Positions 42,299-55,264 of a DNA stretch of 64,000 nucleotides are shown here, piece by piece. A program made the position numbers and the translations under genes. The first letter of the stretch is position 1. Every line of letters starts with the position of its first letter. Where the stretch lies: assembly GCF_009914755.1 (NCBI RefSeq), contig NC_060939.1. One strand, written 5' to 3'. The notes under the pieces were generated by a model. The model made no database searches. It was not told the origin of the DNA and worked only from the letters and a program-made list of their open reading frames with translations. Origin of the DNA: the human T2T-CHM13v2.0 reference genome, Homo sapiens.

Positions 42299-42509
42299 CA
42301 GGGTTTCTTGGCCTTGGCACCATCGACCTCTGTTCTGGGCAATTCTTTGTGGTGGGGCTGTCCTGGGCATCTTAGGATATTTAGCTGCATCTCTGGCTTT
42401 TACCCACTCCTGTTAAGATGACCAAAAATATCCCTCCAAATTGCAAGATTTTGCAATGAAGCCATGGGGTAGGGGGAGGACAAAAATATCCCTCTAATGA
42501 GAACCACTG
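42299..42509. mobile_element. MER20 (hAT-Charlie)
   Basis: CAGGGTTTCT..CCTTGGCAC..AATTCTTTGT..GGGGCTGTCCTG.GCAT..GAGAACCACTG. Confidence 0.85.
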
Positions 42510-42559
42510 CTCTGGGACACTTCTTTATTTTTATACTCCTTGACATTTTCCCCATCTCT

Positions 42560-42860
42560 TTTTCTCATCTCCATCCATCCTTCTCTCCTAATGCCATTCC
42601 TGGTTTCCTCCTTCTAAACTTTCTAGTCTTAGTTGAGTAGGCAGCCCCGTCTGGGAGGTCCTCCTTGATTTGGAAAGGTTTAGGTGTCTTCCCTGTTCTG
42701 CCAGACCTAGCATGCATTGGTCTTTATGACCTTTCACCCCAAGCCCCCAGGATTGTTAGCTCCATTGAGGACTGCGACTAAATCTGTTTCCCTTGTGACC
42801 TCAGCACCTAGCACAGTGCCCTGCGCAGGAGAGTCTGTGCCATAAGTGAATAAAGGTTGA
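42560..42860 (+). mobile_element. L2 3' fragment
   Basis: TTAGCTCCATTGAGG..CAGCACCTAGCACAGTGCC. Confidence 0.6.
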
Positions 42861-44254
42861 AGACTGACTACTGAATTATGGGTGTGCTTTGCCTATGTTA
42901 TATTCCCCCCCTTTCTTTTTTGACCTGGGCAGATGCAAAAGCAATCTTCCCACTCTTAGTAAATTCGGGACCCCTTCACTGTCACTTTCCATAACCTGTT
43001 CTACAGCGGCAGAATGCAGAATGCAATTTCAGAGGTGACTGCCAGCTTTATTTGGTGGCTATCTTCCTGACAAACTCATTTAGAAATCTGGGTGGATAAA
43101 AATGTCAGCTCTGCCTGGTGCTTTTCATTTCAATATGGCATATTTCCCTGGTTCCCAAACCTTGGGGAAAACACTGGGCTCCGGAGCAGGAGGAGGCGAA
43201 GGCAAGACCTCTCCTGGTGCCAGTGTTTTCTGCATTGTTCTCTATTGGATCTGCTTGTAGAGAAAGCGGACTTGGCAGGCGGTGAGGCCTTTCCGTGGGC
43301 ACGTGCAGGACAGTCTCAACCACAATAGCAAGCTCGCACCTTGGGTCTGGCGCCTCTCCTGCTTCATTAAGATTTTTCTATTCTGTTCCCTCCCCCATTC
43401 TTCTTGGGAAGTGGGCCATTTCAAAAAGAGCGAGATAACTCTAATTTTGTGCTTTTAAAAAGTACACACAGGAAATTTGGATACATATGGATGCATGGAC
43501 TTATCATGTCAGCAGCTCTGACCCAAAAACGCTGAAGGGAATGGTATCTGAGCAGACTGCTTCCTCCCTTCAAGCCCAGGAGTCTCTGCTGCTCTCTTTG
43601 GCCATGTAAACATCTCAGCAGGGTATGTCGCTTTAAAAACTGGCACAACAGGAGATAGAAATTTATGGTAAATAAAGCATGAGATGGTGAGAAGAAGGTT
43701 TTTTTCTCTTCCTTATGTGTACCCCTCATACCTTGCCTGCTTACAAGAAAAAAAAAAAAAGTCGAGTAGCACTTCAGGGGAGTACGGAAGGAAAGGAGGC
43801 TGAAAGCGAAGGTTCTCAGCACTGTCTTGAGTTAGCTGGTAGCCCCCTCTTTTTGTGCCTCTATCTCCTTCCATGTCAAAAATACAATGAGATTTAAAAT
43901 AATGAATGATTTCCAAATTGCAACCAACACACTATGGCCCTGTGTTCATTTACTTACTTACATGGTTGCATTAGAAAAGGAGCTAAACAACAAAGACCCC
44001 ATCTACTTTTGAGATCAAGCATAGGCGTGTGAATTCTTTTGTTTCCCTTAATGGTAGATCACACTTATTGAATATACACTATGTGCAAGTCACTGAGCTA
44101 AGGACATTATAAGCAGCATCTCATTTCATCACCACAATCACCTATGATGATCCTCCATCCAGAGTTAGAATAACAGAGTGAAATAGAGTGGAAAATTACA
44201 AGAACCAGGCAAATGGAGTTCAACTAGGTTCTTTAATTGTTTTAATTTTTTAAA

Positions 44255-45212
44255 TTTAACTTTTAATTTTGAGATAATTATAGATTCACACGTAGTTGTA
44301 AGAAAGAAAACTTAGAGGCGATGTACCCTTTACCTGGTTTCTCCCAATGGCAACATCTGGCAAAATTAGAGTATAATATCACAACGAATGAATCAATTTT
44401 GATACAATCCATCAATCTTATCCAGATTTTCTAGGCTTACATGTACTCATTTCTGTGTTTTATGTGTGTGTGTGCATATTTAGTTCTTTGGAATTTAATC
44501 ACATTTATGTATCCAGTACCACAGTCAAGATACAGAACATTTCAATGAGGGTCCCCCTAACTGTCCCTTCACAGCCATATCTATTTCTCCCCTGCTTCTT
44601 CTCCCTTCTTAGCTCATGGCAACCACTAATCTGTTCTCCATCTCTAAAATTTTGCCATTTCAAGAATGCTATATAAATGGAGTCATACAGTACATAATCT
44701 TGTGAGATCAGCTGTGTTAAGTCAACAACATACCCTTGTGAGTCATCCAGTTGCTGCATATGTCTATAGTTTTTTCCTTTTCATTGCTGAGTAGTATTCC
44801 ATGGCATGGGTGTACTACAGTTTGTTTAACCACTCATCCACTGAAGGACATTTGGGTTTCCAGTTTTTATCTAATATGAAGAAAGCTGCTATCAACATTT
44901 CTGTATAGGTTTTTTATATGAACATATGTTTTTATTTCTCTGGGATAAATGCCCAGGAGTACAATCACTGAATCATATGATAACTTCATGTTGAATTTTA
45001 TAAGAAACTGCCAATCTGTTTTCCAGAGTAGCTGTACCATTTTACATTTCTACCAGAAATGTGTGAGTAATCTGATTTCTTTTCATCCTCCCCAGCATTT
45101 GGTATTTCACTATTTTTAACTTTAGCCATTCTGATAAGTGTGTAGTTATATCTCATTGTGGTTTTAATTTGACCTCCCCAATGGCTAATGATGTCAAACA
45201 TCTTTTCATGTT
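44255..45212 (-). mobile_element. L1MC/MD-like 3' fragment
   Basis: TTTGAGATAATTATAGATTCACA..GTTGTAAGAAA 3' end; ORF2-end remnant [13 protein letters not shown]. Confidence 0.88.
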
Positions 45213-45879
45213 ATTTAACTATTTTGGTATGTGACTTTCTATTTGTAAATTTCTGTATCTTCCTCCAAAATTGGAGCTTTTCATAGATATCCATGTGAAT
45301 AAATCAAGATGTAAGGAGATCTATAATTTGTTATTTGGCATATGGCACTCAGAGGAAGATGAATAAGTTGCGGTCAAAAAAGATTCCTAGAAGTTAATAC
45401 CACATGGTGGCTTTTTTCCCTGATCTATTTGCTATGCCCAAGCAGTAGTTTAGCCAGTGGGAAAAATCAGCCAAGATGAAAACAAATACAAACCCAAGAA
45501 CATTTAGGATGCCATTTATAGTAAAAAGAAGTTTCCTAAAGTATTTAGCTTTTCGTTTTGGTTTGGTTTTAATAAAAAGCTGCTTCTAAATGCCTGCCCT
45601 CTTATACTGATACATCATCCAATTTGAAAGTTGTTTCTTTGTGTTCATTGTCAAATGATCCCTGTTCTTTTACCCATGTCTGGATGGTCAGAGAAGTTAG
45701 AGGTATGGTGAATAGATCGTAGCAAAAAGTGTGTCTCTTGATACTGAGGTCCTCATTATCTGCTGAAAACTCCTACCATTTTCCTTTCATTCAGAACAGC
45801 TCTACATACTTGGTGTTTTGGTCAATCCTCTAATAGTATTCCAGAGAAGTAGGGCAATATTCTTTTGCAGGCCATCATG

Positions 45880-46080
45880 AGATAAAAATAGCATATACTT
45901 TGGTATAAAATAAGTCTCAGTTTGAATGCTGACACTGACATTCACTGACAGTGTGACTTCAAGCTGGCTACTTAACATCTCTGAGCCTGTTTTTCCTCAA
46001 CTGTGACACAAAGATGATACTAGGGACTTCATGGTATTGTGAAGATTATATACAGTGTTTGGCACCCAGTTTTGTTGATG
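45880..46080 (+). mobile_element. MIR
   Basis: TACTTAACATCTCTGAGCCTGTTTTTCCTCAACTGT core. Confidence 0.75.
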
Positions 46081-46399
46081 GTAGTCACACCATCCCCAAT
46101 GATATTTCTGTTTTTACTTTTTCTTGCTCATCCTTCTAGCTTCATTTACTGTGAGTCTCAATTTCTTACCGGTATCATCAGCACTTATTGGGCGCAGTCG
46201 CTTCCTACTAAAGTCACCCAGTCACCCAGGGATAATGAGATAAATCCCCTGCTTCCATAACGATCTTTTTTTTCTGAGTATTCTGGGCTGACTTCAGCAA
46301 GTCAGAGGTCATAGAACCATTATCTTGAAAGAGTGACCCATCTATTCCAACACTTTTGATACTTTCTTAAAAGAATAAAACAAAACTTTAAAATTGCTG

Positions 46400-46950
46400 T
46401 CTCTATTTGAATGTTTCCAGTGGCAAAAAGCCTCACTCATTCACCAAATAATCCAAGGTAATTCTGGGTAGCTCTAATGACCATAAAACTGTCCCTCTGT
46501 TGGCATGAAATTTGTCTCTTCTGAATGTTTAACGGCTCTCCTTTTGAGCCATGTAGGACATCTTTCACATGTCTGTGTTTAAACATCCAAATTTTGCTAT
46601 CACATTTTCCTTCAGCTCCTGTTCTCCTAAATGAAACAATTCCTCTTTTGGGGGGCCAATGACTCTTTGTATGGCAAGCATTTCCAGGCCAGACCTCTTC
46701 ATCAGTCTTCTTTGTTTATATCCTACTTACTTAATATTCCTGTTAAAACATTCCTATTAAAACAGCTGCTTGGAACTGACCACCATTCACCAGAGATGAA
46801 TGTATAATAACCTCCTCATTTTTGGATGCTGTGCTTCATTTAATGCGCCCTAATTTGGCATTCCACTTTTAAAAACTCACGGCAGTTTGGTGTCAGTGAT
46901 AACAGCCATGTGCCATCGATGAGATTCTCATCTCGTGAATTGCCTACCTC
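46400..46950 (-). mobile_element. L3/CR1 LINE fragment
   Basis: GAATGTTTCCAGTG..CTCACT..TTCTGGGTAGCTCTAA..TTCTCCTAAATGAAACAATTCC..GGAACTGA..TTTAATGCGCCCTAA pattern typical of CR1/L3. Confidence 0.55.
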
Positions 46951-49900
46951 TAGGTCCAGAGTCTGTTTGCTGATTCTTTGTTCACTTGTTCCCTCCTCCA
47001 ACGATGGCATAAACCCTCTCCTTGTGCCAGGTTGGGCACTGGAGCTGCTGTGCCTGATTTCGGCTGTCAGAAGCTCACAGTCTGTTGTGAGTTATGAGCT
47101 ATGTGGAGGGGTGATGGGTAGCAGGCAAGATGACAATGATAATAAGCAGGCAAGGGAGAGGGGCAACGAGGGACTGTGGACCACTCAGGGCTAGTGTAGA
47201 AGAGACAAATGACTGATTATGACAGAAGGAGGCTTAGGCTAGGATTCCTAGAGGGGAGGCCTGGCAAGGGACTGAGATAACGTTCTTGTCTTGTTTGCTT
47301 AATCCTTCAGAGGATGGCCCCAATGTAACCAGAACTCACCTCTTTCTTCCTTCTCTCTTAACTCCATGGACCTGGCATACTTTGAAAGAAGAGAATGACC
47401 CAGGTATGGCTAAATACAGCCAATGCTGCAATTCCCCTCACCATCTTTTGTCTAATCTGACTTCTGATGCCACACCTTTCTGTCTGGCCTTTCTTTCACC
47501 CTGGACAGGCGCTGGCCACTCATCTTTAAGAACAGGAAGATTGTTTCCATTTGGACATCTTCAGGTACCTAGTGGGTGTGCAGAAAATACCCACGGAATG
47601 CGTGAACAAGTGACAGAATGAACAACACCTGCCAATTCATGGTGATCTTGGGGGGCATATCTGATCTGATTCTGGTGTCTCTGTCTTGGCTTTAGGGAGC
47701 TACTGGGCAAGATAAGTGTGTATCTCCAGCATTTATAAACCACTGTTGAATTTGAATCTGAATCTTAACCAGAAAACTGAAAGCTCATGGTGCTTAGATT
47801 CTATTTGATAACAAACCAAAACTTGAACCTATATGTATCACAGGCTGGCCAGTGCCAAAAAAATAATAAAGCAAGTTGGACATAGGGGGTAGAATTGGGT
47901 TGAGTAGGTTGCAGAGGCTTCCTGCTGTTGGTTGGGAAACTCCCCAGAGAGTGACCTGTGAGGAGAAAGGTAAATAAAATCTCTGAAGACCTGACAGAAC
48001 AATTTTAGAAAGAACAATTTACAGACCTGTAAAATTTCTTTTAGCTTTCACCAAATCATTTTTTATAATCATACAAAATTTCAGAAAATAACCATCATTG
48101 TGCTTACAGAAAAATGCAAATGGATGTGCCAAAATGAAGAAAAATAGCCAAACCTAGAGAAAAACATGTTTTCTTGTTATTCATTATAAAGCACTATGCA
48201 ATTGGGAGGGATCTTTCCTTTCTCTTTATTTTCCAAATTTTTCTTTAATGCTTTCATAATAAACAAGAATTATACACTTTTTTTAAAAAAGTATATACAT
48301 TCTACAAAGTGAAGTTTCCCTCAGCAGAGAAATTTAAGCTTCACAAGCTTGGATTTTAGGGGATCGACAAGCAAACAGCGGTGGACTGTACAGCAGAGTC
48401 AGCCTAATGGGACAGGGCTGTCCTTCTGCCCCAGATGGGTGTAAGGAAGTCCACATAGCCTTGGGAAAAACTCAGAACTGAAAGTAGGCCCTACATTCAT
48501 TGATCTTCTCTGGAAACTTCTCGTTAGTCTTTATCCAAGCCCTGACAAAGGGGATCAACAAAATCATTTAAAATGTAATGGAGAATTGAGCAATAGTCAG
48601 CTAGCCTTCTGAGGCTATCTGATTCTCTAGAAATGCTAGAGAGACATTGAGAGAGAGAGGAAGGGAGAGAGACAGACAGACAGAAAGAGAAAATACAATT
48701 TCATCGTTTTCAGATTAAGTGAAGGAGGACACAGTCCCTTCCACCCTCAAGTCATTCTCTTGAAGCCCATTCACAAAGTTACCTTTGATAGAGAGACTGA
48801 GGGTAAAACAATTCTCCTTAAGTGTTCTTCACATGCTTGAGTTTTACAGTTTAGCTGGAAATTTCATAGAGAACATATAGCTCTGGCATTCCAAGCCTAA
48901 TAGCAACGTGGAAAGAAGTGCTGTAGCACTGAAGGAGCTTCTTTTCTCTTGACATTTGCAGAGTACCTCTGAAGACTCAAGGGCTGCTTGGCGCCCAGAT
49001 AAAAATCTGATCTTCGAGATATTTATCTGCACCAGTTTTAATCTAAACCTTTCCCATCACCCATCCCTGCAGAGGGGTCATGGGCCATCATTGAGTTTTC
49101 TTTAGCTATTGGGCTGCTCTTTGATGATTTTGGAGTTTTACAGCTAGAGTAAATTTCATTTCATATTTTGTTTGAATATAGCAAAACACAGATATTGAAT
49201 TTTTTTTCTTTCTTTTAGGCTTTTAGCTGTCCAATAGACCTTTTCTGTTTTTTTTTTTTTTTTTTTCCTGTACAGTGAGATCCTCCAAGTTAATACACAC
49301 ACTCAGAAATGTTAAGTGTAAAGCAACAGCATGTCAATGAGCCTTAGGGTTGTTTTTAGAGAATCATTTAGTAGGTGCAGTTTTCCTTTTGGTTCGAATG
49401 AGTCAATACTCGTATTTCCCTGTTGCATGGGAGCTGATTTTCCTCAGGAATCCAAGCATACCACTTTTCTTTGAAGACTCAGGAATATTTGAATGTAGAA
49501 CACTGGCTTTTTACCTGATTCCAGTTATTCAGCTTGTGCAATATTGTAAGACACATAATGGTACCCTGTATGGATAAAGACAGGATATGGCTTTTCCTTA
49601 CTTTTAGTGAGTGGCACTTAAAGTTTTGTAGCTGGAGCTGGAGCCAGGGAGTCTAGAACACCATGCTTTCTGACAGCCTAGCTTTTACTTAAGTGCAGCA
49701 ATTGGCTTTTCATAGCTGGTGACCCTTGGGACCAGTGCACTAACAGCATTGTCTGACATTGGTGCTGTATGTTAGGAATGTCACAGGAAGTCTAAATTAA
49801 ATGGCAAGTGCCCTCATGCCTTAGGTCTGCTTTCGGGTTTCTGCACAGAGATGGACCCTCCCTGAAGGAGGAGAAAAAACTCCCGTGTGTAGCCAAAAGT

Positions 49901-50649
49901 CAATAAAGTACAGGATCTCTATCAAATTGATTATACCCATAGAAAGGCACTGGCTACAGATGATATCAATTAAGATTTTTATTAATAGGTACAGTTTGGA
50001 AGCTTAGATTGACATTAATTTTAATGAGAAATTTATCAATCAAAAATTAGCCCATGGTCTTTTACTATTGATTCCAGAATAGGCACCTTTAATGAATTAT
50101 GATAGCAAACTGGGCTTTGATACCTTAAAAGAAAGTTAGTGGTTTTTCAAGTAAGACACATTTTTTTTTCTTTTATGATTTGATATTGGCGTACTTTCTT
50201 GTTATTTGTGTTTTGGGGGTTTTTTGCTTGTAAGTTTGAGAGAATTAGATATGAAGCCATTTGGGATAATCACCCCCTCCTTCTTGCCGATGTCAGTGTT
50301 ATGTCACAAATGTATACCATAAATACGTTTACTGTATTATGTGATGTATTCCCTAGAGACTTATGGGGAAATGCATTTTTATAAATGACTTAACACATAA
50401 ATATAGAAGGAAGCTGACTTACTATACAAAGAAATCCCATGAGGAATCTACGTGCAACATGAAGCAATTGCTTGTAATGTTAAATATCTCCAGTGTTACA
50501 ATCAGCAGACTTGAAAACTCAGAGCCTGCCTCTAAGGATTTCTCCCAAGACAGTGCACAACAATGCCCTAACCCACACAAATGTCGCTCTTCCCTCCCTA
50601 TGTGGGTGTGTCATTTTGATTTGTGAATGCTCTTCTGAGGAAATATGGT

Positions 50650-50925
50650 CAGAGGAGGTGATCCAGGATCGCACCATTTGAAAAGAGAAGTTCCGTGTCC
50701 CATTTTATCACTTTCTGTTTCCTTACTCCATTTTATTTTCTTATGCTTACTACCATAAGACATTGCACTATATATTAACCCATTTGTGCCCCCTTTCCCT
50801 TGAATTAAAATCAACTGGAATGGCAAATCTAGAAGTCAGGAACTTGGTCGGTTTTGTTCATGCTTGTAGTCCCATTGCTTGGAACATAGCATACACTCAA
50901 TACGTATTTTTTGAATGAATTAAGG
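50650..50925 (+). mobile_element. L2 3' end
   Basis: TTTTGTTCATGCT..CTTGGAACATAG..ACTCAATA..TTGAATGAAT. Confidence 0.65.
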
Positions 50926-51049
50926 GGTGCTTTGCTAAGATTAAATAGGCGGTGGCAGCACTCAAGCACCGACCTGAAGTGTGTCATATTTAACACACAC
51001 CAATAGACCAAGAGTCTTTATTAGCTGCAAGCAAGATGCTTCAACCAGG

Positions 51050-51310
51050 CCACTCCGATGGCGACAGTGAAATGGTTGAGAATGAGAGGCTGGAACTCTG
51101 GCTCTCATGCTGGTCAGCTTTGGGGCACTGGGTAAGTTGCTTCATCTTTCTCAGCCTCATTTTCTTCATCCATTCAAATGGGTTTATTGCTGGCAATAGC
51201 TCTAGGGATTTTTTGATGATTTAATGAACAAATACCTGCCCAAGTATTCACTATGGTGCTTGGCACAGAATAGGAGTACCATAAATGTCAGCTGTTATTA
51301 TTATTATTTT
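51050..51310 (+). mobile_element. MIR
   Basis: TGGGTAAGTTGCTTCATCTTTCTCAGCCTCATTTTCTTCATC..TGCTTGGCACAGAATAGG..TGTTATTATT. Confidence 0.8.
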
Positions 51311-51969
51311 TGCTGTTGAGTCGTGTCATTATTGATATTTTAGGCTTTTTACTCCATTGTTCCATGCTAAAAATGCAAATCAAAGCAATTGTTGAAGCTA
51401 AGATGGAGGTAATTAATTACCGCTTTTGCCCATGAAATGTTTAAAGACCACCAGTTAAGAGATCTGCCTTCTATATACATGGCTTCCCATGCTTCATTTA
51501 CAAAATAGGTGCTTACATACACAAGATTTCCTTTTAAAAGTACTTCCCAGCTTAGCTGCTGTTCTTGTGATTAACCAACTTTCTTTTAAAGACTTGAAGT
51601 CATGAAGTTTATTTTTTGTGACATCCACTCAAGGATAGAAACAAGGATTGCCAATGGTTTTCCAGCATGCTCTTGTTTCAGTTTCATCATGCAAACTTGC
51701 AGATGTTGTTTACATGAAAGACACATTTGTAGAAAGAAGGTAATATTGACAGACAACATCTGCTGTAAGGGACGATTCTGAAAAGTGTTGTTATGCCAAT
51801 TCCATTATTTTGCTATCATTTGCCACAATTGTTAGTGCCTTTGTTATGAGTGTTTAACTCAAAATTAAAATATAACTTTTGGTAAATTTTATTCTGTTAA
51901 ACTTTTTTTCTGAGGCTTATGTGCATAACCATTCAAGCAATCAATACATTTTAAAATCGAGTACCTCCT

Positions 51970-52870
51970 AGGTACCTAAAACCTTTCAAAGACTTCAAAT
52001 TATACCTGGAATAAAACCCAAACTCTGTCTGTCTATGTTCTACAAATCTCTATGTGATCTCATACTTCCCACTGCTGTCATTTCCTCTTGCTTTTGCTGC
52101 CCTGCCTTTTTGGCCCGCTTTTGTCATAGATGATTTCCCATCCTAGAGATATGCATTTAGTGTTTATCTATCTAGACCTCCTAACATCAGTTGTTTGCAT
52201 GGTGTGCTCCTTCTTAACGTCCATGTGTCTCATCTTTTTTCTTGTTTTTTTCTTTTTCTTTTGTTTCTTTTTTTTTTTTTTTTTTTTTTTGAGATGGAGT
52301 GTCACTCTTGTCACCTGGGCTGGAGTGCAATGGCACGATCTCGGCTCACTGCAACCTCCACCTCCCAGGCTCAAAGATTCTCCTGTCTCAGGCTCCCGAG
52401 TAGCTGGGATTACAGGCATGGACCACCACACCAGGCTAATTTTTGTATTTTTAGTAGAGACAGGGTTTCATCATGTTGGCCAGGCTGGTCTCGAATTCCT
52501 GACCTCATGATCCACCCACCTCAGCCTCCCAAAATCCTGGGATTACAGGCATGAACCACCATGCCCGGCCTATCCATGTCTCATCTTAATTTATCAACTA
52601 TTTGAATTTTCTCTGCCATAAAATATTAAGTAGGCTGCCCCCAAACCAGGCACTTCCTTATGCATTACTCTTTATTTCATCATTGTTCTTAGCATTATTT
52701 AAAATTATATTTATGCATATATATACATATATGTTCTTATGTATAATATTATAAAATTATTTCTTTATCTGATCTGAATTGCTGACAAAACTTAAGACCC
52801 CCAAGACCAGAAGCCCATTTCTGTCTTATTCCTTGATGTATTATTTGTGCTTAGAACCACATTTTTTGGC
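51970..52870 (+). mobile_element. L2 fragment interrupted by Alu
   Basis: AAAACCTTTCAA..GGAATAAAACCCAAACTC..TGTCTTATTC..GTGCTTAGAAC. Confidence 0.55.
52235..52570 (-). mobile_element. AluS (Sg-like)
   Basis: Antisense Alu, long T tract, TSD TGTCTCATCTT. Confidence 0.95.
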
Positions 52871-54442
52871 CAAGAGAATAATTACGTGAATATCAGGTAT
52901 GGTGATATCAGAGAAGTTTCAAAGAGCATCATAGTTCTTTAGAAGGCTTCTGTCTAATAAGAGGGTTAAGCCACTGGTGTATGAGAAGATAATTTAACAA
53001 GCCAGTAAAACTAAGTGATGAAAGCAATAAATACTGGGAGATCTGAATATGGAGAAATCACTTTACACTGATCAAGAGTGGATTGATAAGTGCAGGTAGG
53101 TTTAAAGCTGGGCCTGAAGGATGGGTAGGATTAGTAAAGGAGCACAGTCATCGTTCAGCTCTTTTACACACAAATACAATTGTGTAAAGTCATTTCACTA
53201 TAACTGCAACCTTGGTATATTTGCTAGGGCCCAAGTGAATCAAAGGAAGGAAATGCATGTTGGCTTTCGTGTTTGCTGCTGTCCTCATAGATTTCACATG
53301 GATTAGAGGTCCTCCAAATGGAGTGCTGCCCACCTTGACCACTCTTTCCCATGCTTCTTGCCTGCTGCTCCACATGGTCCAGGTGGACTGCTTTTCTCCC
53401 CGCTTACATTTCCTAGAAAGTGCCCTGCTCACCCTTTTCTCTGGATGCTCACTCAGGGGTTTTACCAGGCCTGAACTCTCTCCCAGCTGTGCCGCTTCAC
53501 CCAACTGAGGCCTTCTCATTCTTCACTTTGTAGTCAAGGAATCTGCAGCCCAGAAGCTCCTCCATTTTCCTCCAGACTAGCCCAGGTCTCATACCCTTTG
53601 GTTTCACCTTTCTGTACTTCTTTCATGTTGCCCAGGATAATTCCTCATCATTACTTGTCAAATGGTTGTGTTCTCCCTGGGCTACAGATTAGATGAGGTT
53701 GGGAATTCCCTTTTCACTGCCTCTGTATCTCAATAGCAGCCCCATGCCAAACACTTCCCAGGGACTGAGTAAAGATTTCCCCAAAGGGTGAGTGAATGTT
53801 GAGGAAAGGCAGAAAGCAATCCTCCTTAAGTGGGATATCAGAATGCTGAGCTTAACTTGAAACCATTTCTAAACCATAGACTCTTATTTAAAGGAAACCA
53901 ACATGAAAATGCCAACACCACCTTATTTACAAGGTACTTTGTTCACTAGAGCTATTAAAGGGCTGTGTTGATGGGAAGCTGTGTATAATTGTAGGTATTA
54001 TGCCAGAGACCGCTTTCTGTCAGGCTGCCAGACCAAAGGGGTAGGGACCGTACTCTAGAGACCCTCACCCAACAGGATGATTAAACGAATTTGTAAGGGT
54101 TAATAGATGGGCGGTGGCTCATTAAAACCAACTCTAAATGCATTACTTTGACCACAGACTCGTAATATGGACCATCTTGGAGAGCCTGGTGAAGGATGAA
54201 GTGCATCTTTGCTAGGTTTGCGCTACGAATATCAGTTAACAGTGGTACTTGCTAACCTCAGTGGTACTTGAGGTCCCTCCTGTATGCCAGGCAAAATTCC
54301 AGATGCTTTATACATACCATTGCCAGTCCTTCCAGATAACTTCCGAGGTTTAGGCATTCTCATTCCCATTTATAATTGAGGAAATTGAGGCTCAGAAAGA
54401 CGTTGTGGCCAGAGGAAACTAACTATTAAAGATTGTCTTTTC

Positions 54443-54660
54443 CCCAGCCTGGCCAACATAGTGAGACACCACCTCTATGAAAAGTAAAAAAAATTAGCCA
54501 GGTCTGGTGGTGCATGCCTGTGGTCCCAGCTATTCAGGAGGCTGAGGCGAGAAGACCACTTGAGCCCAGGAAGTTGAGACTGCAGTGATCCCTATTTGCA
54601 TCACTGTATTCCACCCTAGAAGAGAGAGTGAGACTCCAACTCAACAACAGCAACAAAAAA
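54443..54660 (+). mobile_element. 5'-truncated AluJ
   Basis: CCAGCCTGGCCAACATAGTGAGAC..TTGAGCCCAGGA..GACTGCAGTGA; TSD AAAGATTGT. Confidence 0.88.
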
Positions 54661-55123
54661 GATTGTATTTTTTCTTAAACAATGACAATTGAGAGTCCCT
54701 AAATTGTTGTCATGGTATTTCCTATGAGAAAATATTTTTGGCTGACAGGACCTATTCACTTTATTCCCTTGAACCTAAGACATTATTCATGGTAGACTGT
54801 ACCATAGGTTAATAACGACCTCAAAGGGAAAACAGAACGTGGAATTCAATACACATTTTGTTAAACAGACTGACCACAGCATTACATTATGGTTGGCTGT
54901 TTTCTTAGACTTGTGTTTGATTCTAAGTCACATTCAAAATTTAACCTGATTTCTGTAAGGCCTTAAAGTGAGGTTGTGAAATGTGCAGCTGAACTGACTG
55001 TACCACCTCTTGGCCCTTCCTCTCTTGGCCTGTTTGGCTACCTTCAAATTCCCTAAAATCTCTGTAAAAAAGAAATGATATGGAATCTATCTCATAAACT
55101 TGATGTAAGAATTGAAAGAGTTG

Positions 55124-55264
55124 CTACGCGGGAGGCTGAGGCAGGAGAATGGCTTGAACCCCGGGGGGCGGAGCTTGCAGTGAGCCGAGATCGCACCACT
55201 GCACTCCAGCCTGGGTGAAAGAGCGAGACTCCATCTCAAAAAAAAATACAAAAATAAATAAAAA
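55124..55264 (+). mobile_element. 5'-truncated AluY right arm (Yh-like)
   Basis: GAACCCCGGGGGGCGGAGC variant; 17-bp TSD AAGA(A/C)TTGAAAGAGTTG at 55107-55123 and 55265-55281. Confidence 0.92.

Noticed and set aside
42423-42494. 14-bp direct repeat CAAAAATATCCCTC in MER20
   Set aside because: Both positions are already similar in the MER20 consensus as I recall it; too short to interpret.
43421-43822. 133-aa minus-strand ORF in unique sequence
   Set aside because: Non-ATG start, poly-Phe from a homopolymer, no recognisable domain or exon structure.
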